A stretch of 64,000 nucleotides of DNA from the NCBI GenBank assembly GCA_963749155.1, contig CAVVLO010000005.1, forward strand, positions 1 to 64,000. Reading direction: 5' to 3'. The notes under the pieces were generated by a model. It did not search any database. It saw nothing but the letters and a program-made list of their open reading frames with translations, and was not told the origin of the DNA. The position numbers were made by a program, and so were the translations under genes. The first letter of the stretch is position 1. Each line of letters begins with the position of its first letter. This document shows, one piece after another, positions 37,701-48,883 of this stretch. The DNA is from an uncultured Armatimonadia bacterium (lineage in GTDB: Bacteria; Armatimonadota; Zipacnadia; CAVVLO01).

Positions 37701-38109
37701 GCGCTATGCAGAACGATGGGGCAATATGAGCAGGCACTACCCCTCTTAGAACGGGCGCTGAGTATTAATCAGGAGCAGCTTGGGACAAATCATCCTGACA
37801 CCGCCCAAAGCCTGAACAGTCTATCTCTGTTGTATAGCTCGATGGGGCAATATGAGCAGGCATTGCCCCTGTGCAAGCAGGCGCTTTCAGTAGAGAGACG
37901 CAGCTTGGGGCAGACCATCCCTCTACTGTTATTAGGCATAAACAACCTGGCACTTATAAATTTTTCGATGGGACAATATGAGCCTAGCGCTATCATTGTG
38001 GGAGCATGCAGTCGTCATCCTTATCAAGAGGCTGGGGCATGACCACCCAAATACTAGAACGTGTATGGCCAGTATCGAAGCCTGCAAGCAGGCGATGGGG
38101 GAGGGATGA
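34703..38109 (+). CDS. DUF4062 + STAND/NACHT-like P-loop NTPase + TPR array protein (NLR-like; many apparent frameshifts)
   Basis: RVFVSSTFRDMHAER..L...VFP and DLRWGV (DUF4062). Walker A GSGKSALLA (~35505), Walker B VVLVLDGLNQL, HPETATSLNNLA repeats, ending LGHDHPNTRTC...EG* (TGA 38107-38109). Confidence 0.78.
36700..38080 (+). repeat. Array of ~11 42-aa (126-bp) TPR units
   Basis: ATGGGgcAgTATgagCAaGC-like unit starts at 36829, 36955, 37081, 37210, ~37336, ~37463, 37590, 37716, 37842, 37968. Confidence 0.85.
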
Positions 38110-38252
38110 GGCCACCTGTGCAATGGCAGCCCATGGTGCTTCGAGTCAGGTAGGCATTGCGGTCACGATGGAATCGGAGCCCGGGAACCGATGCGCTCTG
38201 ACCTAAGCGACCGGGCGGGCCTTTGGCCGATATCTGGAAAGGGTGTCCGAAA

Positions 38253-38276
38253 GTGCAAATCCCCTTGGCGCTACCA
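38253..38276 (+). mobile_element. Isolated tRNA 3'-end fragment (Glu-like), probable attachment site of an integrated element
   Basis: G-TGCAAAT-CCCCT-TGGCGCT-ACCA has exact T-loop / T-stem / acceptor / NCCA spacing, but no tRNA 5' half lies upstream. A terminator follows. Confidence 0.6.
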
Positions 38277-38288
38277 CCCTTGACTATC

Positions 38289-38323
38289 AAAACGCTCCCT
38301 CCGGTGAGGGGGCGTTTTCGTTT
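38289..38323 (+). terminator. Intrinsic terminator
   Basis: AAAACGCTCCCTC-cggt-GAGGGGGCGTTTT followed by cgttt. Confidence 0.8.
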
Positions 38324-38395
38324 GAGCCCTCTTGTTACAGGAATCCGGCACTTACTGCAGAAACACCATGCAATTTTGTCCTCGGGAGTCGCATC

Positions 38396-41300
38396 ATGAA
38401 AGCTAGTGCCTTCCTTGTAATAGCCCTCTGCTTAGTCTCTATACTTGCCTGGGCTCAGAGTGGGCAGATCCTGATTGAAGATGATTTTCAGGCGGGGTTT
38501 GCCAAATGGCGCACTGACGCCAGCCAATGGCGACCTGGCGATGGCGTACTGGCCATGGCAGATGCGGGCATCCCAGCACGGCTCGAAGCCGGCGACGACA
38601 CCTGGCAGGACTATATTGTCGAGTTCAGTGCCCGGCGCACCGTAGATTTGCCCGATGATGGCCATTGGGGCCTTACTGTCCGCACAGGCGAAGAAGGTGG
38701 GATGTATCTCTTTGTGCGCCCCCAGGGGCTGCGCGAGGCGGGATTTGGCCATACTGAAGCCTCTTTCGGAAAAGGGCTGACCTTCGAGAAAGACCGCTGG
38801 TATCGCTTCCAGTTTGTCATCGCAGGGGGAGAAGCCCAGGTCAGCGTCGATGGCGCCTACCAGGGCACCGTCCACGGCATCAAGCGCCTGACAGGGGGTA
38901 TCGCCCTCTCGGCCTACCACGTGGGAGTCGAGTTCGCCGATCTGCGCGTTGTCGAAATACCTCAGGCCGCAGACCAGGAGGCTAGCCAGCAAACGGAAGG
39001 TCATCCGTTGCCTTTTGAGACAATCCTGTACGTATCTAGTCCCATCCAAACTGAACTAGATACCCTTGTCTCCATCACTGCGGCTGAGCTTGGCCTGGCG
39101 GAGGGCCAGGCACTCCCAGAGGTTGCGGTGGAAGAGCAGTCTTCGGGCCGAGTGTTGCCAGCCCAGTTCGATGATCTGGATGGTGATGCACTGGTCAGCG
39201 CGCAGGATGAGGTATGTTTTCAGGCGCATCTGCCAGCAGGAAAGGCAGTCAGTTATTCGCTGCGACTTGGTGACGGGGCCGATGTGGTTCAGACCTTGCT
39301 TGGGTGTGAGCCAACCGACACAGGTTGGACAATCACGAGTCCCCAGGCGGTTATCAGCCTCGACAGGCAAGGCAAGTGGGAATACAAACCGGAAGGTTTT
39401 GGCGGAACACTGTTTACCTGTAAGCCACTGGCTGAAGGGACTACCTGCAAGGTAATTACAGGGCCGGCCCGAGTGCTGATACTGAGCGAGATGGAGCTCC
39501 TGGAGAACGCCAGGTTGACCCGTCAGGTCGAAATAAGCGCGCAAGGCGTGAAACTCACTAATGGGCTGGCTTCACAGGATGGCCTTTCCAGCGCTTTCAC
39601 GGGGAATGTTGGAGGCTTGTGGTTCGATTTCAATGGCATCCAGCAAATCGCAGATGTGCGCTATCGAGATGCAGAGGGCTATCATGCAATTGGCAAGAAG
39701 CCAGTGCTTGATCTATTCCCAATCCCTGCCGTGCCACTGGCTTATGACCTGGTGACCCCCTCGGCAAACGTGATGTTCGCTTACGGTCAGAACCTGGATT
39801 ATCTCCCTCGCATCGATCTGATTGGCCAACACGCTTACATGGCGGCCAACCTGGCTTTCGGCTGGCGTCCACCGATTGAGATCCAGGCGGACAGGCCTCG
39901 GGTGCAGGAAGTCTGGCTTGTGGCCCATACGGGCGGGATGGAGGAGTTTCAGCAGTTGGAGGCGCAGGCGCGCTCGCATCCAAAGGTAACGCTGGGCGAG
40001 GCCACAACGCTGGAATACGCCTTCACCATCGCTGATGGAGAAGCCCGACTGGCGTCGCTGGACCAGCAACTGACCGAGTTGGCTGGCCAACTTGAGCAAG
40101 CTACTGGCGAGTTGACTCCAGCGAGGGGGTTGCTGGGGAAGGCGCGCGCTTTGAGAGAGGCAGGCCGGTGCGATCTGGCTCTTGACCGCCTTGGACGCGC
40201 GCTTGAGCGAATCGAGCGGGGCGCAGCACTGGCCAGCCAGGCGACGGCATATCTGGCCTCTGCTCCCCAGGCGGTCCTTGGTACTGTACCTGCTGCTGAC
40301 TTGATCCCTTATGTAACTTTTTCGGAAGGCACTTCGCCCCGGATGGCTGAACTTGGATTCACAGTAGGCCACACGTGGTTCCCCTGGGGCCATCTCTTCG
40401 AGCAGTTTGAAGCTGAGCCAGAGCCTGGCGTCTGGAATTTCTCCGAGGCGGACAAGATCCTGGAATCCGCTCACAGGGCGAATATGAAACTGGTGCTCCT
40501 CGCCAACTTTGAGCCACCGAGATGGTTTAAAGAGAGATTTGAGAATCCAAAACCAGAACCAGGACAACCCCCAGGCTCTACAGGGGGTGATGGGTTCGTC
40601 TCGCCGGAGCTGCTTGGTGAAGTACCGGACTTTATGCAGGCTTTCGGCACTTATTTGGAGACAATCGCCGAGAGGTACGGCGATGATCCGAGTCTCCTAG
40701 CCTGGAGCGTGCGCAATGAGCCAGCCTATTACTCGACAGGGGGTATCAGGGGCGAGTTGATGACCCAGGCCTGGCGTAACTGGCTTGCGCGCCGGTATCA
40801 GGACATCGCCGATCTGAACGCTCGCTGGGGCACGAGTTTTGCCTCCCTTGATGCTGTCGAGACACCCGCGACCTGGGGTGAGAACCGCGCTGCCTGGTGG
40901 GATGTGATGACCTTCAAGGCCGAGTGCCTGGGGGGCGAACTCAAGTGGGAATCAGACCTGCTTACCGAAAACAGCGCCTGCAAGCGCACGGGCGCCAAGT
41001 ATGTTACCGCCTGTCTGTCACCGAACTCGGCCCGGAGTGGATATGGGGTTGATCCCTGGCTGTCCGCGGCGCCTCAGCAAGGCGTCAGTATGACCGACCT
41101 TTATGTAGATGACATCTGGGAGGATGTACTGCGAGTCTCGGAGCTGTACTGGGTCGGAGAGGGCAATCCTGTTATTGCGCCCGAGATCGGCCGTGGCACA
41201 AAACCTCGAGAGCGCGAGTACCGCTGGCAGTTCTGGCCTGATGCGAAAGCGCGCAGCCTGGCCTGGACCTTCTTCCAGCATGGATTGTTTGGCTGTCATT

Positions 41301-42580
41301 ATTGGACCTGGGCTACCAACGAAGAATATGCATGCCTTGACTGGGATGGCGGTTATTCGGATTTCGCCCTCGAAGCGGCGCTGGCCAATCAGGAATTTCT
41401 GGCGGCTGGCGAGTCAGCTCGCTGAACTCGCCCCTGTCGTGGATGCAGGTTATTACTATCCCCGGGCAAGCTTCCTGCAGGGCACCGGCGAAGAGGCTCG
41501 GGCCTATCAGCAGATTTACAGCCTGCTTACCGAACTGGGGTATCAGCTTCGACCTGTTTCGGCGGTGGATTTCGACAAAGTCGCGCCAAGTCTGAAAGCG
41601 CTCATACTCCCTCCGGCGCCTTATCTGGAAGCCGAGATGCGCGACAAACTGGCCTCTTTTGTCGCAGAGGGCGGCAAGCTGATTGCACTTGGTCAGGAGC
41701 CATGGCGCTCTTCGACGAATACACCAGGCCCGCCACGCCTCTCGAACAAGCACTTGCTGGCAAGCTCTTCTCGGCTCCCGATGTGATGGGGAAGACCTTC
41801 GGCACTGGCGTTCAGGTCGCTGACCTGGGGGGCGAGTGGAAGTTCGCCTTTGGCGCGGCCTGGCCTCAGGCGGCTGGTATCGCCCAAACAAGCGCTGAGG
41901 GGAAGGTAGATGCAGGCCTGGCAGAGGGCTGGCAAGCCCCGGACTTTGATGATTCAGGCTGGGCAGCCCTTGCCGTGCCGGGCCCGTGGGAAGAGTCTGG
42001 CTACCCCGATACCGATGGATATGGTTGGTATCGAAAGCACTTTACCTTGCCCGAATCGCTCGCTGGCAAGCGGATGGTCCTCTCAGGGGACACTCTGGAT
42101 GAGGTCGGTTGGGTCTATGTCAACGGCCATCTTGTGAAAGAGACGACCAGTTGGACCGACAGCTGGCAAGTCGAGATAAGTCAGTATCTTGACATCGGGG
42201 CAGACAACGTCCTGGCAGTCCGAATACTTGATACGTCCTTCTTTGGCGGGATACGAGGGCGACTGACGCTGACGACCACTGACCTGGCCTCATCAGAAGA
42301 GCTGGCGGCCAGTGCTGTGTTGGACCAGGCTGGGCTTGCGCCTTCCTCGGCAGCAAACGTCAGGGGTATCTTCCGCACCTTGATGGTCGACAGGCAGGGC
42401 AGGCGGCACCTGGTCATCGCAAGCGACCGCAACGAGCCGGTGCGCCTTACCGTGCAGGTCGCAGCGCCAGAGGGTGAACTGCCAGACCTGCTGAGCGGGG
42501 TCAGATGGACCTCGGAGGGCGCCTCTGTCAGTGGCGACCTGGAAGCTTGCGGTGTAGCCTGGGTGCCTCTTTGGCGCTAA
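38396..42580 (+). CDS. Large secreted multidomain glycoside hydrolase: DUF1080-like beta-sandwich, GH42-like TIM barrel + trimerisation-like domain, GH2-type sugar-binding domain (frameshifts ~41420, ~41700)
   Basis: Signal peptide, W.DY.VEF, EPEPGVWNFS, WSVRNEP, WL..RY..IADLNARWGT, PDFDDSGW..LAVPGPWE, GYGWYRKHF. Confidence 0.7.
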
Positions 42581-42711
42581 GAGGTCATATTAATGGAAAT
42601 ATTACGCCAAGACCTTTTTTATACGAACTTGTGTTTTGCGGTGTATAATTAGACAGGCGAAGGCTTGTATACACTAGTATTTATCTGTGGGAATCTGTAG
42701 GGGGGGTTCAT

Positions 42712-45409
42712 ATGGAGATTCCTAAGCCCATGACTTTCTCACACAGCAGGCAGTTCTGCTTGTTTTGTCTTCCGGCTTGTTATCACTGGAACTTTTAACT
42801 TGCCCCTCATCTGCCAACGCGCTCTCCCCAGCTAGCCTGGATATACCGGCGTCTTCTTCCTCAGGGCTAATTCTGGTAGTCGTACTAGTGTTGTTCTTGC
42901 TCGCTTTTGTGGCAGGCACGGGTGGGGAAGAAGGACCTGAGAATCAAGAAATACGTCGCAGCAGGACCCGGAGCGAAGGCGAGGCGTGGCTGCGCGACCT
43001 GGCTGAAGCCTCGACCGAACCAGTTTTGATACAGACAGCCGGTCACTTCGCGTATCTGAACCCGGTTGCTTATCGTCTTTTCGGGGCAGAGAGACCCGAG
43101 CAGCTTATTGGGCAGCTCGTGATGGATCGGATCCATCCAAACAGCCGAGAAGCCGTCAGAGAGCGTCTCAACACACTGGCAGCGAATCATAGCCTAGCCC
43201 TTGCTTGGAGCAGATTGTTTGCTACGCCTGGATGGGAGCGAGGTGCCGGTTGTTGTCTGGTCGGTGCCCATTGATTATGAAGGGGAAAGTGGCGGGCTTG
43301 TATTCGTCCGTGACATTACCTTGCGCAGGCAGGCAGAGGAAGCCTTACGCCAGAGTGAGCAGCACTACCGTAACCTGGCTAATTCGGGTACTATTTTAAT
43401 CTGGACGACTGACCTCGAGGGGCAGTGTGATTATCTTAACCAGCCCTGGCTCGAGTTTACAGGCCGCAAACTGGAGCATGAACTTGGAGAAGGCTGGCTC
43501 AAAGGCATACATCCTGGTGACCGCAGACGCTTCAAGGCGATGTACGAGGGAGCTTTCGCTCAGCAGGAGCCCTTCAGCCTGATTTATCGTTTGCGACGGC
43601 ACGATGGTGTCTACCGTTGGGTACAAACTAGTGGCGCGCCTCGCTTCGATACTGAGGGAAATTTACTCGGTTATATTGGTAAGTGCTTCGACATTAATGA
43701 CCAGGTAACCGCGCAGGAACAGGATAGTGCATCTGAACAGGGTGCTGCGCGCGCTACGAGATATGAACCATCTAATAATAACCAGGCGAGATCGCAATAC
43801 TCTTATTGAAGAAGGCTGCAGGTTGCTGGTACAAAGCCGCGGTTATACCCACGCCCAGATCATACTTACAGACAAGCTGGAGCGACCTGTTGCCAGTGCA
43901 AAAGCAGGCACAGGTTTTACGACAGGGGCGCTTGAGGCCTTGCTTGATAGTGGTCAATTGCCACCTTGTTGCGAGCTTGCGCGTATAAGCAAAAAAGTTG
44001 TCGTCATCAGCGAAGACAACCAAAAGGTCTGCCTTGGTTGCCCAGTTGCCGGGCTTGAGGGTACTGACATAATGTGTGTGCATCTGGCCAATGAAGAAGG
44101 CGCATATGGGTATCTGATTGTTGTAGTTGAGCCGACTGCAATCATCAATCAAGAAGAAATTAGTCTTTTTACGGAGTTAGCGCAAGACATTACGTTTGCG
44201 CTTAGAAGCCTCGAGATTGACGAGGCTCGCGCCTTGATGGAGAAAGAGAACGCTTCTCTGCAAGAGCAGATAGCCCAGGCCCAGAAGCTGGAGTCCATAG
44301 GACGGCTGGCAGGCGGCGTGGCGCATGACTATAACAATATGCTGAGTGTGATCACTGGCAATGCAGAGATGGCACTTGGCAAGCTCGAGCCAGCTAGTCC
44401 CCTCCATGAAGAACTAACTGAGATACTGGATGCCGCGGAAAGGTCGGCTGATATAACACGCCAACTGCTGGCCTTCGCTCGCAAGCAGACAATAAGCCCC
44501 AAGGTACTGAATCTCAACGAGACCGTCGAGAGTATGCTCAGGATGCTGAGCAGGCTTATCGGCGAGGATATCGACCTGCAGTGGGTGCCTGCGGACGAGT
44601 TATGGCCAGTAAAACTGGATCCCTCCCAGATTGACCAGATACTGGCCAATCTTTGTGTCAATGCCAGAGACGCGATTGACGGGGTTGGCAAGGTAACAAT
44701 CGAGACAAATATGGTAAGCCTGGATGCCGCCTATTGTTTTGAACATGCCGAGGCGCTACCAGGCGAATATGTAATGCTGGCTGTCAGTGATGATGGTTGC
44801 GGTATAGACAGCGCAACCCTGCTGAAGATTTTCGAACCTTTCTATACAACCAAAGAACACGAAGGAGGCACTGGCCTGGGACTGGCGACAGTCTATGGCA
44901 TAGTGAAGCAGAACGAGGGCTCCATAAATGTCTACAGTGAGCCAGGCGGCGGGACGACCTTCAAAGTCTATCTGCCGCGTTATGTTGGCGATGACGTTGT
45001 GATGCCAGAACCAGCCTCGCTCGAGACCCAGGTGGGACATGGCGAGTTAGTGTTGCTGGTTGAGGATGAAGAAGCGATCAGGCGGATTAGCAGAGCCATG
45101 CTTGAGGTACTTGGTTATTCGGTGCTGGCAGCCGGCACGCCAAGTGATGCCCTGCGCCTGGCCCAGCTTCAGACTGGCCCAATCCATCTGTTGATGACCG
45201 ATGTGGTAATGCCTGAGATGAACGGCCGAGACCTGGCCACCCAGTTGCAGCAACTGCGCCCAGACCTCAAGATACTGTTCGTGTCGGGTTATACAGCCAA
45301 CGTGATTGCTCACAGAGGCGTGCTGGAAGAAGGCGTCCACTTCCTGCATAAGCCTTTCACCCTGAAAGAACTGGCGCGCAAGGTACGGGAGGCACTGGAG
45401 CAAGACTGA
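42712..45409 (+). CDS. PAS/GAF hybrid sensor histidine kinase-response regulator (frameshifts; start approximate)
   Basis: Two PAS domains (IHPGDR), H-box LAGGVAHDYNN, NLCVNARDA, DDGCG, GTGLGL, receiver LLVEDE...TDVVMP...KPF. Confidence 0.88.
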
Positions 45410-45504
45410 ATAAAAGGGCTTTGAGGCAATCCTCACCAGCTAACGCGCAGGAAGGCTGGCGGAGCTGACGAAACTCCGGCCGGCCATAACCTTGCAAGTG
45501 GCGG

Positions 45505-47447
45505 GTGAGCGATGTGCCCTGGTTTCTGCTGGTGTTGCTGCTCCTGATAATTGGTCTGTTAGCCGGTACAAACCCCTCTGATGCTTTTCAACTTGTTGCT
45601 CCTTCAGAAGACGCGCAACTTGACACCCCTCTGTCTGTTACTCTGACCTGGGAAACCTGCCCCGGCGCAGCCAGCTACCGAGTCGAACTTCTATCCGACG
45701 ATAAAGCGCACGCGCGTCTCGCCTTCGAGAGCCTCACCGAGCCTCGCCTGCGCCTTGCCCTCTGCCCAGATACCATTTATGAGTGGCGCGTTTGGGCCAT
45801 AACGCCAACTGGCGAAATTTCCAGCGAGAACGAAGGACGCTTCACCACGGCGGACACAAAGCCGGAAGAGGTTACCGACTTCGTGGTGATGTTCGCTGGC
45901 GTGCCGCCAGGCGAGGGGTATTGGGAGGGCCTGCCGCGCATCCCGGTCGACCCGGACGCAGAGCTATCGCCCTGGTTCTACAAGAAGAGTTATGACGCCG
46001 CGCCACCGCCCAGCTTCGAGTCTATTCGGGAGAGGCTCCCTCAGCCCATATGGGACGGCCATCCGGACGAGCTCAGGATGTATTGGTACGCCTGGCAGCT
46101 ACTGTTTTCGCCGTTGTGGCTTTTCCCTCCGAAAGAGGCTAACCATCGCGCAGTCTCCAACTTGCTGGGGCATTACACCTGGGCGGGCTTCGGCAGCACG
46201 ATGGTCTGGGACAGCGCCTTCATCCTGCAGTTCGCCCGGTACGCCGACCACGCGTATCCCGTTGTGACGGCGCTGGATAACTGTTACGCCCGCCAGCACG
46301 AGAACGGGTTCATCTGTCGCGAGTCCAACGCCAGCAACATCGAGACCTGGGTCATCTGGCCGGCCAACCCGCCACTTCTGCCCTGGTCGGAGTGGAGCGT
46401 CTACCAGGTCAGCGGCGATGAAGAGCGGCTTCGCCAGGTTTTCCTGCCGCTGGTGAAGAACTACGAGTGGTATATGCGCTATCAGCGCAGGGCTGATGGA
46501 CTCTACTGGACGCGCGGCGAGCAAGAAGCCGACGATTCGCCCCGCAACGCGCTGCTGCACTCGGCCGTGTCGACGACAGCCATCCAGGCGATGTCGGCTG
46601 AGCAACTTGCCGAGATGGCCAGAATCGTTGGCAGGCCGGACCTGGCAGCCTGGTTCGCGGCTGAAGCTGCCGACCTCAGGCAGCTCGTTAACGACCGTTT
46701 CTGGGATGCTGAGCACTCCCTCTACAACGACCTGGGCCCTGACGGCAAGCCTGTCACCGTAACCGAGAAGGGTGGCGTGTGCAAGCACGGGCATATATTC
46801 TGGCCGCTACTTGCAGGTTGCACCGACCACAAGAGGGGTTTGGCGATGGCTCGAGCCGCGATGGATCCGGCTCGGCTTCAACCGACCAAGTGGCATCGGC
46901 TCACTCAGCGCCGACAGTGATGGGTACAACCCCGAGACAGGCGCCTACTGGCGGGGCTCGGTCTGGCCACCAATCCAGTGTATGGTCATCAAGGGGCTCG
47001 AGCGGGCGGGTTTCCAGGGGACAGCAGACCTGGCTGCCGAGAAGTACTATCGTAACTTCCTGCGAAGCATACCTTGCCCAGGGCGATATCACCGAGTTTC
47101 TCATCCCAGAAAAGCCAGTGATGGCGGGTGTGCCGCAATTCGTCGGCTGGGGCGGAGTTGCGCCTATCCAACTGCTTCTTGAGAATCTCTTCGGCTTGCG
47201 CGTGGATGCCCCGGCTCGGACAATCCATTGGCGTATACGCCAAACCGAGCGTCATGGAGTAGAACGCTTCCCCCTGGGGGACGCCGAAGTGGCGCTGCTG
47301 TGCGAAGCAAGGCCTGGCTCGGATGCGCCCGCAGACCTGACGATCACCAGTACGGGCCGGTTCACACTGACGGTTGAGCTGCCAGGTGGTGTCTGGCAGC
47401 GCGAAATCGAGCCGGGACAGACGCTCTGGCTTGTTGAGAATCGATGA
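45505..47447 (+). CDS. Secreted (alpha/alpha)6 glycoside hydrolase, GH63/MGH1-like, with N-terminal Fn3-like domain (frameshifts ~46870, ~47060)
   Basis: WDSAF, NPPLLPWSEW, DDSPR, FWD...LYND, YWRGSVWPP, FVGW. Confidence 0.7.
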
Positions 47448-48865
47448 GGCACACAAAATGAAGACTCAGGCCAAGAATACATCAGGTGTAGCACTTTTGA
47501 GAGGCTTGATATTACTAGCGAATCTGGGCGCTGATGACTACTAGTGCGGCGCTCCATCAGCAGACTGGTGGTGGCCCAACCGGAGCGCCGACCGTTGATA
47601 CTCTCTGCCCAATGGGGGGTATCGCGACCCTCTACAAGGTGGCCGCAGGCGGGGAGTATCTTCAACGGGTCTACCCGGCCGCGATCATCTTGTTGGTTGT
47701 CACCGTTCTGCTTGCGGTTATACTGCGGCGCGCCTTCTGTGGCTGGATCTGCCCACTTGGCGCGATGCAGGAGGTCTCTGACTGGCTTGGCCGCAAGACT
47801 GGCTTGCACAGGCCTTTGCTCCACAGTAAAGTAGACAGGGGCCTTCGATGGCTCAAGTATCCTGGGCTGCTCCTGATCCTGGGATTTACGTATCAAATGG
47901 GCGAACTGGTTTTCCGACCTTATGATCCCTGGGCTAGTTATGCGCATATCACTGCAGGTTGGGGAGAGCTGAGAGATGAGTTTTTTCTAGGGACCTTGCT
48001 CCTGGCGCTTTCCCTGCTGGTGGGGCTGGTAATTGACCGGCCCTGGTGCAGGTATCTCTGTCCGCTAGGCGCGTTGCTGGCTCCCATCTCAAAACTGGGA
48101 TTTGTGCGCATCACGCGAAATGAGACCACCTGTATCCACTGCCACAAGTGCGAGCGCGTCTGTCCGGTAGATATCCCAGTTGAGGCTGCAACCCAGGTGA
48201 CCGACGCGGAGTGCCTTGCCTGTGGCAAGTGCGTAATGAGCTGTCCGGTTCCGAAAACACTCCAGTTCAAGAGCGGGTCAAAGACGTTAAGCACCGTCGG
48301 ATTCGGCTTGCTGGCCCTGGTCATCTTCTTCGGCGCTATCGGTATCACAAAGCTGACCGGCATCTGGCGTTCCCAGCCTGAAAGCCTTACCGAGATAACT
48401 GGCGCTGGAGTTGCCCTTGACCCAGCCAATCTGCGTGGTTTCATGAGTCTTGCTGACATCGAAGTCACGTATGGCGTACCGGCTTCCAGCCTGCTGGAGC
48501 AGCTTGGGCTGCCTTCGGACACTCCAACCAGCGAACCAGTCAACGAGGTTATGAAGTCCGCAGGGCGCGAGGTGGAGGAAGTCCGCGAAGCCATTAGGGC
48601 GCTGCTTAAACAGCCTCCTGCTGCACTGGCCCCCGCGCAAGTTGAATCCAGGACCAAGGTGGAGCTTTCAATTTCTGGACAGATGACCTTCGCCGATATA
48701 TGCCAGGCGACAGGGCTTCAAAGCCAGACTTTGTTTGATCATTTGACGCTGCCAGCAGACACCCCGCTGGATAAACCGGTGCGCGACGTGATGCAACCCC
48801 TGGGGCGCGAAGTTGAGGAGATCCGGGAGGCCGTGAAGTTTCTCGCAACCGAGCGTAAGCCTTAG
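47444..48865 (+). CDS. Membrane 4Fe-4S binding (NapH/YccM-like polyferredoxin) protein; 5' end probably frameshifted
   Basis: LCPMGG, RAFCGWICPLG, RPWCRYLCPLG, and CIHCHKCERVCP / CLACGKCVMSCP ferredoxin motifs. Confidence 0.85.
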
Positions 48866-48883
48866 GTCAGAGGAGTTTTCAAG

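Noticed and set aside
36700..38080. CRISPR-like periodic repeats
   Set aside because: The 126-bp period is coding TPR with degenerate units, not identical repeats with unique spacers, and there are no cas genes.
38019..38110. SAM-I riboswitch-like start CTTATCAAGAG
   Set aside because: It lies in the final TPR coding frame (LIKRLGHDHPNT), and the rest of the SAM-I core is missing.
38241..38288. Y-RNA-like bulged stem (GTCCGA...TTGAC)
   Set aside because: Too short, no Ro60/TROVE gene in the window, and better explained as a tRNA 3' fragment.
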